Below are positions 52,143 to 64,000 of a stretch of 64,000 bases of DNA, piece by piece. Made by a program: the position numbers and the translations under genes. Source of the DNA: Paramecium tetraurelia (Eukaryota); NCBI GenBank assembly GCA_000165425.1, contig CT868004.1, positions 124,001-188,000 on the forward strand, read 5' to 3'. The notes beneath the pieces were generated by a model. It ran no database searches. It saw only the letters and a program-made list of their open reading frames with translations, and was not told where the DNA came from. Positions within the stretch are counted from its first letter, which is position 1; the number at the start of each line of letters is the position of its first letter.

Positions 52143-53910
52143 ATGAATTTTTTCTAGGGTAATCAGTTATCTCCCTTTATAAATCAAAAAGTAGTTAAAA
52201 AGCCTACAGTCCTTATGTAGACAAATCAATTGAAGAAGAGTCATATTGATGCAAAGCCAATAAGATTCTTATAATGGGATGATGATGCAAAATAAATCAA
52301 ATTATGTCTGGACCTTAAGAAATATGTATGCTATACCATTTTTCTTTTAGAACTCACTGTTTAGGACTGGACCTGCTTCTTTCATTGTTTATATCGCTAC
52401 ACGTTCTGAAATAAATTAAATATCTAAGTTGAATTTGGATAAAAGCCTGCCTCTTATAGATACAACATTGCAAAAAGGCATCTACATTTGGAATCATGTT
52501 ATATACAACGAACACAAGAACATCTAATTATATCAGCTATTGTGCATATTAAGTGAACAGTTTAACGAAAAATAGTTGGGGAGACAAGGCCTGAACATGA
52601 TTGAAAACAGTAGTGTATTCATTAATGCAGATACAGTGCTAATGACAGTGGCCTCTATTTTGGCTAGTGAAATAGTGTTTCTTATAAACAATAATGATGA
52701 TGAGATATTAGAAAATTTTCAATAAATCATCAATAATGATTAACAACCCTATTATAAATTACAAGTCCTTAATTTTGTTGAAAGTTAGGGCACCAGCATT
52801 GACCAATTTAAATGGTATTAAGTGTATGACAATATTAAAATAACACTCATTGAAGAAAATCATTATGTAATTGCTTCAAACACATCCTTGAATGATAATC
52901 CAGCTGACACTATAAATAATTGGGCCTTAGAACTTGAGATGTCATTAGAGAAGAAGACTTATCAGTGTTATGAAATCGATTTTTTAACCTTTTTTTCTAT
53001 TGCAGAGATAATCACCAAAAGTTCGATATCAGAGTTAGAGAAAAACAATGTGAAAGAAAATATGTATATTATATCATATATAATTTAAGTTTCTTTAAAG
53101 CCATTCAAAAATAAATTAAATATGAAAAAGACTATATTGAAAGCATTTATTGTAAAGAAGTAAGGGAGTTTTGTTCAATCTCAGAAGAAGTCACAGTAGA
53201 TTCTTTAACCTACAAATTGAATTAAATGAGAGAGTAAGCCATGTCTTTGTATTTTATTCAATTGGGGTAATTTTATGATAATCCAGAATTTGAAAAATGC
53301 TTACAAGTCATTTAATAGAGGATTGATTAATTGGAATTAGAATGCATCAGATACAATTTTGAATTGATGGATATGTATTTTAATATGATTATTTAGATCT
53401 CTTTAGTGAATTAAGCAAATAATTTGACAAAATCGAAAAAAAATATAAGGACAACTTTCCTGATTCTTATGCTTAGTTTTTGAATGAGATTCTGAAGTTT
53501 AGAGAATTTAGAGGGTTAAAATACCAAAATTTCAAATCCCACTTGTAAAGCAACTATAAATCCAAATTGTACTCCTATGTCACAGAGTTTGATAAGGAAT
53601 AGAAATTACTCTATGACAAACGTATGCAAACTTAGAATGAAAAGCAATACTAATTCCTGAAGAAGAGAGACAAGGAGGTAATGAGAGGACTTGAAATTCT
53701 CTAAAATTATACTGATTTAATGAGGGATGAAATTGGAACTCTCAAGGGTCTTTTAGATGTAACTCATTTTGATGTATAGATTAGTTCAATAATCAAATAA
53801 ATGTAGTTGTAAAACACAAACAAGAAATTAGAAAGTTGGATGATGAAATTAGATAATTATAGTTATAAGCCGATAAAATTTAGATAAAAAAAAGCAATCG
53901 TGAATTTTGA
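52143..53910 (+). CDS. Guanylate-binding-protein-like protein with degenerate GTPase motifs
   Basis: AKPIRFLQWDDDAKQIKL and TLQKGIYIWNH resemble the GBP N-domain; helical/coiled-coil C-terminus; mini-introns. Confidence 0.65.
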
Positions 53911-54139
53911 TTCTCAATTCTATATAAATTCAACAATTTATTAGTTAAAGAATTGTAGCTATACTTCTTTGTCCATTTCATTTATGCGATTTCAGAAATC
54001 CAATCGCTAAGTTTCAAACTTAATTATTTTTGAGTCATCAATTTGTATGATTAATTGATTATTTGCTTTCAATTACCTTATTAAGAATTTGTTTTTAATT
54101 AATTCATTATTATTAGATATTTTGATAAGGGACAACTAT

Positions 54140-55898
54140 ATGGATAAGCTAAACTTGCACTTGAATCACTTCTTTCTGGACAAAAACAATAAATCAAATA
54201 CATTTTGGGACAAAGATTTTAGAAAATTGATTTAAAATGAAAGTAATTTCACACTAAACAACGATAATTGCATTTGCCTATATAAAAAGGGAAAATATTT
54301 CAATAAATTCATTCCCAGATATTACACTATCTAAGGAACTTATTTGTTTTATGGAGATAAAGTATTATAAGAAGATCTATAATCCTATAGGACTTAAAAG
54401 GATTTAGAAAGTTAGAAAATGTGTATATGTCAACTTCAACTGAGAAGACTTCCTACCCGTATTAAATTGAACTTATGCACAATCACAATTAGATTACCTT
54501 ATATTCAAATTCTGAATAGGATTTCACTTATATTAAGTTGAAGTTGGAGTAATTCTGCATCTTAATAGGATTTCACAATCAGTACACTATCATCAATCAG
54601 ATAGGTTTCGGATCCACTGCTCAAGTAATATATAATATATTCAAGGTCTTTATCTCTAAATCTTTAAACGATGGTTCTCACTACGCAATAAAAAGAATTC
54701 GAAAAAATTCAAAGCTGAATCCTCAATTTCTAATGGAAGAGATCTTAGTAATGAATGATCTTTGTCATCCAAATATAATAAAGCTACATCGAGTGTTCGA
54801 AACTAATAGTATTTAATGATGCTAACTGACTTTTAGGACATATAAACATGGTGTTACAACTTGTGGAAGGAGGGGAATTACTGAAAAATTAAAGGTATAG
54901 CATTAGGGATGCAAGAATTATTTTTAAATAGTTGGCAGAATGTGTAGATTATATGCATCAGAAAGGTGTAATGCACAGGGACTTAAAACCTTAGAACATC
55001 TTATGCAAGACTAATTCATTAGACGTAGTATTGGCAGATTTCGGTCTTGCCACATACATTAAAGCAAAGTCTTACATTTATTATCGATGTGGCACTACAG
55101 GCTATGTAGCTCCTGAAATATTGCAATATAAGGAAGGTACTAAGATGTACACAGAAAAGTGTGATATTTTTAGTCTTGGAGTAATTTTATATCAATTGTA
55201 AATAATATTGTCCTATCTTCTTAGGGTATATAATTAGCATCCATTCAAAGATGTTTAGAAGGAAAAGATGCTTAAGAATAACTTGCTTGTTGAATATAAA
55301 TTTGATGATTCCATTAAAATTCCATAAAGTTGTAAAGATCTCATTTCCCTCATGTTGAAACAAAATCCAAAATAGAGGCCTTCTGCTTCTGAAATTCTCA
55401 AACATGAATTCTTTGATGAATAGATATTTGAACATTAGAATCAAACCATAACTTTATTAGAACCTTAGTATAAATTTAAATTATAATTTTAGATCTGATT
55501 AGAAACGTTCTGGACCTTCATTGAGCAGCTACAATGTCGATATGAAATTTTCAACTCTCAATAATGGATTTAAATTATTCGAAGATGAAATTGATAATGA
55601 TGAAGAACAATAGAATGGCGATTTCGTAGAGACATCTCCTCTTTGGTCTAAGAGAATTGAACTACAACGAGGCCAATCATACCGCTCATAAGCCAGTTCT
55701 ATTATTATTTAAAGATAACAATCTTAAGATTTTAAGATAAAAAAGTTGTCAATATTCAGATCAGAATTAAAATAATAGTCTCTCTAAGTTCTTCAACCCC
55801 AAATGGATAAATCAATTTATGAATCTCAAGAGTTCCATTAAATCCCATATATTCCATAAAATAACATGCTTTTGGTTCATAAAAAATAATATTATTGA
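54140..55898 (+). CDS. PH-like domain + CAMK-type Ser/Thr kinase
   Basis: IGFGSTAQV, YAIKRI, HPNIIKLH, MHRDLKPQN, ADFGLA, CGTTGYVAPE, CDIFSLGV; several mini-introns. Confidence 0.93.
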
Positions 55899-55949
55899 GT
55901 TCTGAATTCTCTATATGAATTATAAATTAAAATTTGTGATTAATTAATT

Positions 55950-58430
55950 ATTAATCTCCAAAGTCAACTCTAATTGAGTTAAAAATAATTATAAATTCTT
56001 AATAGTAATATTTGGAACAATACTATATATTTCTAAATATTCCAATATAATAGAAAGTAATTTAGCAAATTCAGGGCAAATTTTAAATTCCCTGAGAAAT
56101 AGGTAATAAAAGGCTTATGTGAAATTTTATCTAAAAACTAAAAATAAAGTCCGATGAAAATAATTTAGAAGATAAAATGAAATCAGTATTAAGGCAACAT
56201 ATCAAGTTTTCTATTAAACTTGATAACAAATATTTAAATTTAATTTATAAACATCAAAAATTTGATATTGTTAAAAGTTACAGTAGCTAAAAATAATTAT
56301 AGGTTTTAGATCATGTTTAAAAATTTTTTAAAAATAAATTGTATTTTAAACTTTAACCTAATAAATTTATGCTAACCTAATTTCAGATGAATCTAATATT
56401 TTAGGTAATAATTTCATAGTGACATCGTTTAAGATTACATCATCCAAATTTAATATTTTTCAGGTATTAATTTAAATAATTTCTAATTTCCTTTTTAGTA
56501 TGATCATTGATGTTGCTAAATTAAGATATCTTAATTCAAATTAGGAATCAAAAAAATACAATCTAGAGAAGTAGCAGGCTCAATTAAGTTAATAGATGAT
56601 TAGTTTAGAAATTAAATCAAGCTCTAAAATAAAGTCACTTTAAAAAAAAAATAATATCCAAGAAAATAAAGATAAATTTGATTTCATCACTATCCATACC
56701 AACACTATATTTAATCGTAGTGTTAGTTGAATTACTAAAACAGGATTTGATTATTTTATGAACATTTATAAAATATTTTATATTTAATTAATTGTTAATA
56801 ATGATGTAAATTATATTTTAACTCAAAAGTTATCTTGTTTTAATATATTAATTAAATTAGGGATTTAATTTTATATATTTTAAACTGTTGGCAAACAAAA
56901 TTTCGACCGAGTATCTCAATTTTTGGAGCATCTATAAAAAATTTTAATGGTGAAAGAATTTTTCAAATTGAAATCTAGCTTAAATTTTTTATGCGTGCTT
57001 TGGAAAATGTTGTAGATAAATGTAAAATTATTAAGTCTTACCTATTAAGAAATTCTGTTTAGATCATTTCCTAGGTTTATGTATGTAAAAAATACGATTA
57101 AAAAATTATAGAGCTTTATTAAATTCTACAATTATTTTTAAGAACAAAATGTCTCCGATTTTTAAGAAGATAAGTGTTTAAATAAAAAGCATTTAGATCT
57201 CATAATTGTAGATATATTTGATATTTCCAAAGAAGTATTTTTAATAAAAGCTCGTTAACATTTTCAAGAAAAATAATTATAGATATAATACATTATTTTG
57301 AGTTAAATAATTTATTTTTTTGACCTAAGAAAAATGAAATACTTATTTATTGAGTGGCCTAATATTATAAAAATCTGGCTTTTGTAGGTTTTATTCTAAA
57401 TTAATCTAAGAGAGGATTACAATTCAAATATAATGGTATTTAAATATAGAATTTTTTCCGTTTCCTTTATTCAATATTCATTAAGTATTTTACGATAAAG
57501 AAAGATTAGCAAATAACTGGAAACTTAACCATGATTTCAAAAATTCGAATATAGACTAGGGTTCCCTTGACTTCTCTTTTTGTAAAGTAAATAAATGCTT
57601 TTAAAGATTCTATTCATTCTTTAAAAAAAAAATTATTTCTGAATATTAAAAAACAGGTCTTTGTATGACCCATACTTAAAAGTATTAAGTTTCGATTGAA
57701 TAATAACTTGGCTTTATTAATTTATATAATTAAATAATTACCATTAAATGATAAGGATTTTATAAAATATTGTGATTACAAAAAAATATTAAATGAAAAA
57801 TATCTTCTCGAACTAATTTTATTAATATATATTAAATTAAGATGGTTCCAAGGGTTAACGAATGTCACTCACTGATACATTAAGCAAATTCAACGATTTT
57901 GCCTTTCTAAACTGGATCTACTTCTAGACCATATTTGAAAGAAATCACAATAGATCTTTTGGATAGATAAACTGAATACGATAAGATTAATAAAGTATAT
58001 GTTACACTAAACTCCAATTGGGTAATAAGTTCAAAATAAAAATAAAAAAAAAACTCAAAGTTTTTTACAATTAAAAATGCTGTTCGAGAAGCAAGACTAA
58101 AATTTTTAGATAATCAAACTTGCTCTCAATAAATAGTATAAAAAAAAGAGAATAGATATATTTAGCAATAAATAAACTCAATAGCTTTGATTGCATAAAT
58201 CTTTCGAAATTAAAAAACTAACCTTGGTTGGAGATAGAGTCACCATAAATAACCCACAAAAAAATGGAGCCTATATTTAATTTTAAGTATAGCCATCCCT
58301 ATGATTTGCGTACTCATTTTAATGTTTGAATTAAAAGAATAATAATGAAAATATATAAATTATAGGGTTCATCAGATTTCCCATTTTTATTGTTAAATAG
58401 TATAAAACAAAATTTAATTAGTTCTATTAT
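55950..58430 (+). pseudogene. Probable heavily decayed large gene, family unknown
   Basis: Protein-like fragments (RVPLTSLFVKQ, WFQGLTNV, FAFLNWIYFQTIF) broken by TGAs and frameshifts. Confidence 0.3.
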
Positions 58431-58533
58431 CAATTAGAAGTTTTGACGAATCTCTAATTAGTCTAGATGGGAATAATTGTGAATGAAATTAATTTATAAA
58501 TTATTAGCAAACATAATAAAATATTAAGAAGAT

Positions 58534-61435
58534 TCATTTTGCAATCCTTACTCTAATTTAAAAAAGAATCCTTTAAGAGCAACTAAATTTTAATAGTTAC
58601 CCTGCTCTTCTATGTTTCCATTGTCAAAACATAAATAACATCTGAATCCTATATTTAGATTCAAAACAAAATACCTAGATTGTAGATATGCGATGGGCTA
58701 TAGCAATGGTAGTTTTACTTTGCATTAATTTATTTATGCTATCTTAAACTAAATGTTCGCTGGTAGTATCTAAAGTACTCTTTGCTTCATCTAATAATAA
58801 GATGTTATGATTTCTTAGTATTGCCCTGGCTAAGATTATTCTTTATTTTTGACCTCCTGAGATTTAAGTACCTTTGGGACCAACCTATCTTTAAAATCCT
58901 TATCCTCTTTGCTTATCCGTTCCTTTTTAAGTTATTTATGTCTTTTCAAATTGATTAGAAATTATAAAATCATATGCTTTGGCTAACTTGGATGCATTTT
59001 CTATTTATTCAGATGGTAAATTGAGTTAAATATTTTCAGTAATGGTTCCTTTAAAAACACCGGTTCTTAAGAGACAATTCAAGATTATCTCCTCAGATAC
59101 CGAATATCATATTAAGTGATATCGACACCATTAATAGTAATATATCCTTGATCTGGGTGATAAAATTACATTAGAGGGGACTTACCACATCCAGAGGGTC
59201 CAACAAATGCCACATTTTAAATTTGTTTAATAAATAAATTTAAAAGATCTTATCATCTCTGCCTTAATATTGAAATGTTATATTCTCAAATTGAATATCT
59301 CCTTAAATAGGAATGATTAACTATAGCTTTTTCAATCTTTCTTCTCTTTAAAATTCATTCTCACTATCACTTAATCTTGCAAATCCTTCTTTAGCATATC
59401 ACATAAATCTTTTCTAGGATTATCATATGTCATGTGAGATTAATAATCTGCAAAGGAGGGATTAGATTCGACCAAAACAGTAATCATATCTCCCAATAAC
59501 AATGAAAATATAGGAAATATACATTCATTAGCCTATTTTAGTTTATTTTCCTTTAAGGACATATGACTATCCTAATCTTACTATGTTTCTATGCCTTTTC
59601 CTTGCGCAACTTTGCCTGAAACCTTCTTAATTAAAGTAGGAACCTCTAATTTCTTAAACTTCTCATTTCTTCTTTACTATTATTGCTTTATTTATTAGCC
59701 TGCTAGATTCATTTTTGATCTGAATGGATCTTTAAGATACTTCTTTATTTGGATGTACTTCTTATGCATTCCCTTCGAGTTCCTCTTTCATCTATGTCTA
59801 TATCAAATTTTTGGCTAATTCCTCAAATTTACCAATTTGATTTATTAATTCTTCAATTGTCCCTGATTCTACTACTTAACCGTTATCAATAACATAAATT
59901 AGATCTGTATTTTGAATAGTACTAATTATATGTGCAATCACTATAGTAGTTATTCCTTTAGATATTTGATTCACGGTTTATTAAATTATTCTTTCATTCG
60001 TTCTATCCAAAGCACTTGTCGCTTTATCTAGTAATAGAATTTATGGTTTTTTAAAATAGCTCTGGCAATTGTATATTTATCCTCTATTTAATTAACTTCC
60101 TCCAATGCCAAAGTAGGTATTTAACCCTTATTTCATTTTTGATCCAAAATCCCAAGCATTTGCCTTCTTCAATGCATCTATCATCTCCTCCTCAGTGGCA
60201 TCAATCTTTCCCTATAATAAATTTTCTTTAATACTAGTCGCAAATAATTCTGGTTCTTGACCTACCAAACCTATCCTACTTGTCAATTCTAAAACATTTA
60301 AACCTTTAACCTTAATTCCGTCTTCCCCTTAATGACAGTCATAGAACCTTTCAATAAGTTGCATGACAGTTGATTTACTACAACCACTTTCTCCAACTAT
60401 AATACCTTAAAATACTCTGAAACTATAATGCTACTGTAAGGATGCTATTGAATATATTAATAATGAATATTTCAATTTACAATGCTTCCTTAAGTTTCAT
60501 CTCCTGAATATATCACTCATACCTGATGGAATAATTAAGTTTAACTTTTTAAAACCTGTTGATCAGGGCGATTTGGATAACTGAAATGGACATTTTTCAG
60601 CAAGATAGTCCCATTAAAATCTCCATGTTTCTTAGAATTCTAAGGATTCAAAATCTTCGGTATTCTATTAAGAATGGCAAAAATCTTAACTGCAGCCTGT
60701 CTTCCTTTTGCAAAGTGCTAGACACATGGCCCGGCCTGTTCTATTTAAAACCCTCCTGTAACCACAGAAAAAAATATAATCATTACATTCCCAACAGTAT
60801 ATGGAGCTCCCATGTTGTGATTGATAGTCTAGTGTATATCATATCTTCATTACTTATTAAGATATTAGTTTGGCAGAATCAAAGTGAGTAAGCCCTCATG
60901 AATGATGCCCATAGAAAACCGAAGGCTATACTGACACCAAATTAATATATAATAGTTGTTGCAGTTGCTTGTAGAAGGTTTTTTTTATTACTTTTCAATC
61001 TCAAAATCCTCTCCATCAAGCATTTTGATAATAGTTTTAATTGCATTTATTTGCTTATTCAGCTAATGCTCATGCTTCCGAATAGATTTTTTAGGTTGCA
61101 TTCGCTGAAGTTTGAACAATAACGGCAAAGATTGCTGTTGCAATAGAAACACCTGAAAGACCTAGCAGTAACTACTAGAGCTAATTATAATTGAACTATT
61201 ACAGATGTTTACTCCTGCCTCTGAAAATGAGTCTGTTATATCTCCTAAAATGGTAGAATAAGCTTGGAAATGCAGCCACATTGAGGAAGACTATGAGACC
61301 ACCAATTATCATTAGTAGTTTGTCTTTTTTAGAGGCAAACCTTAAAAGTTAAAAATAAGGGACCTTTTGATCTTGGTTATTGGTAGGGACTTAATTTTTT
61401 AAAATCTAATATTCAGTAGATTCTCTATTTTGCAT
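58534..61435 (-). pseudogene. ABCB (MDR/P-glycoprotein) transporter pseudogene
   Basis: VPYFQLLRFASKKDKLLMIIG; NBD1 VGESGCSKST..GLVGQEPELF..ILLLDKATSALD; NBD2 FVGPSGCGKS..ISGGQKQRI.LARAIL..LLLDEA; many frameshifts and large TMD deletions. Confidence 0.9.
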
Positions 61436-61701
61436 TTAAATAAATTTATTTGTTGATTAGAAATTCTTGTGTTCTATAGCTTTTATTTAATTAGAAATTC
61501 TAATGATAAAATTATTCATGTTAATTATTTTCTCCCTTTAAGATAGTTCTAAATAATGCAATTGACATTTCCAAACTTCAAAATACAAATATATAATTTT
61601 TTGAAACTACTTTTACTACTTTTGGATCAAACTCTTCTGAATAATTTAGATTTTTTAATTATTATAGTGAAAAATCAAATTTATAATATATTTAATATTA
61701 A

Positions 61702-63686
61702 ATGTAATAACGACCAATAATTAATAGGGACCTACAAGAAAAAAAAGATGTAATTAGATATCTTACAATTAGAAAGCAGCAAAATCTTTACACGACTATA
61801 AAAAGAGTGTAGAACTTAATTATTAAGAGTATGTCTCTTAAACATCTGAATAATAATTGAACGATCTTGAAAGTATTTCAAGACCTTCAGTAAAGAGCAT
61901 GCCTGTCAAGACAAGAGATTTGCTGAACAAATACAAGGCACAACTTGAAATAATCCCAAAATTTTAATTGGTCTCTAAACCAAATCCTCAATTACTCAAG
62001 AAATATTTGGAACCTGAAGAACATCTATAAAGTGTTTCTTCCCAACAGTCAAAACCCCCAAAGAATCCTTTTTAAGACAGTCAAAGAACTAAGCAAGATG
62101 AATAGCATATGTCTTTCAGCAGATAAAAGGAAGTTGAATTACTTGATAATCAAATTCAAGAAAATATTATTTAAACTGATTAGGAGGGACAGAAGAATCC
62201 CTTTGAAAGTTCAAGTGTAATGCATTATACGTAAACATAAATGCTGGACCCTTATGCAAAGACAGTTTCAGAAAGAAATCAAGCTAGTCACTATACAAGT
62301 TAAGAGAGTAGCAACATTTAAAATTTAAGTTAAACTTAAGAAAAATCACTAGATTCTGAATAGTTCTATGAGACAATTGAGGAGTAAGGACAATTCTAAC
62401 AATCAGGCAGAGTCAGTACAGGGACTCAATTATAAAAATTGGATTAGAAATCATCCAGAATTTAAAATAGTATAAAAGAAGAAATATAAGATGAATCTAG
62501 TAGTATGACTCATTCCTCTCATCAAGAGGAGAAAAATCATGTAAATTAAAGTCCAATTTACGAAAGTTTTGATTAGGATTCATAATTGGTCGAGAAAGCA
62601 TAGAGATGGAATTAGTATCAAAGCATTCCATAGAATACAGCAGAGTTTAATCCTAATGTGTAATCAACAACTGCGGAAGTCAAATATGAATAAAACAATT
62701 CATAATAAATAAAACAAGATATTTCTAATAATAACATCAGTTATGGCCAGTCATTTGATTAGGCATAGCAGTAATCTAGTTATTTAAATTAATAAATTAA
62801 TTCCAAACTTATAGATAAGGATTCAACAATAGATGGAATTATAATAAATAATCGTATAATATCTAAGAAGCTTTCATAAGAATTAGTAATTGATATGTAA
62901 AAATTTGAGGAAAATAGTCACTTATTGAATAGCATCAATAGAACCTAATTATTGTTTATTACTGAGAAATATTTTGATCTTATGATTCTATAAAACAATA
63001 AGAATTTATTGTAAGATTTTCGATTATTAAAGAAGTTATAATATCACATATTTAAGAAAGATCGTGTTATTTTAAAAAAGTGTATGAAGTAATTTCAGGT
63101 AAATAGGGATAGATAATTAGAGAAATATGAAAAGGATAGGAAATCTAGATAATTTCTCTTCTCAAAATAGAAACTACTATAAGAATATGTATTTTAAGCA
63201 ATTAGATAAAATAAAATTGCATAGTAATAGTTTTTATAGAATGTGATTCGATTGATGAATAACCATAAATAGAAGGTTTTGCTGATAAGATGGAAGACTT
63301 AAGTATACAAATAAAAAATGAAAAGGCAAATGGATCTTTAGTATAAACAGTTTTTATTCAATGGCTGGCTAAATGTAGTTAAAAGAGAGAAAAAGGCGAA
63401 AGATATCAAAAGTTTAACAAAATATTATTTTTCAACAATTCAAAAATATTACTAAACTTGGAAATGTTTCACTTACTAATAGTAAAGACTCAAATCTAAG
63501 TTTCTGAATGCTTAGAGGAATATAAATTTGATGAAGAAGAAGTTTATAATGTCACAATGGATCAATTTTATTTAGGAAGTGAAAAGAGAGAAGGAATTTG
63601 AAGCCTATGTGAAACAGGCCAATGAATACGTTCCTGTTAAGGTAAGCCTAAAACCCTAAAATATAAAAATCTATAATATCAAATGA
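61702..63686 (+). CDS. Protein with Sfi1-like (centrin-binding) repeats
   Basis: One 23-nt intron; low-complexity N-terminal half; C-terminal repeats KVLLIRWKTQ, QFLFNGWLNV, QKYYQTWKCF, KFIMSQWINF. Confidence 0.75.
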
Positions 63687-63768
63687 ATTAATATTTATTA
63701 TTTATCACTAATTAAATCATATAAGTAACACATAAGCCAATTTAATTTGGCTTTTCATTAATAATAAT

Positions 63769-64000
63769 ATGCTGTATAATTTTGATTTTCCATAACAACA
63801 AAGTCCTGTTTTGTAAATTAATTAATCACAGTAAAATAATAAAACATAGAAGAATGTTTCAACCCAAAAATCTCTGAGCCAAATTTCAAATTTCGAGTTT
63901 CAACAAACTAGTGATATGAAAAATAAGTTATTACCCCTTTTGAATAATAAATTAAAATAGAGAAACTCAATCAAACACGGTGCTCAAAGTCCTAGATAGA
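63769..64000 (+). CDS. 5' part of hypothetical protein (partial)
   Basis: MLYNFDFPQQQSPVLQ... open to the window end in code 6. Confidence 0.5.

Noticed and set aside
63650..63660. AAAACCCT telomere-like word
   Set aside because: A single imperfect copy inside a CDS; no C4A2/C3A3 tract
1..64000. Transposons, retroelements or viral genes
   Set aside because: No DDE transposase, reverse transcriptase, terminal inverted repeat or capsid motif recognised by eye; degenerate copies cannot be excluded

Overview
AT-rich, gene-dense eukaryotic DNA typical of a Paramecium (aurelia-type) macronuclear chromosome. TAA/TAG read as Gln, TGA is the only stop, and introns are mostly 20-35 nt GT(A)...(T)AG, so the supplied ORF track is mostly fragments or antisense artefacts. 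Re-translating by eye with code 6 gives about 28 protein genes. They include an R1R2R3-Myb, a cyclin, a Tubby protein, a PAF-acetylhydrolase, two PH-like+CAMK kinases, a C2 membrane protein, GLTP, UBE2W, a tandem-PX protein, a cNMP-binding protein, a large PAS-like multipass membrane protein, a GBP-like pseudo-GTPase and an Sfi1-like repeat protein. There is one tRNA-Val(AAC) and several decayed pseudogenes (AGC kinase, Cys-rich surface proteins, ABCB transporter). The most unusual element is a cluster at 11.8-16.9 kb of three paralogs with four tandem SP-RING (Siz/PIAS, SUMO-E3-type)-like zinc fingers: one intact, one frameshifted, one decayed. All translations and family calls are by manual motif recognition, with no database searches.
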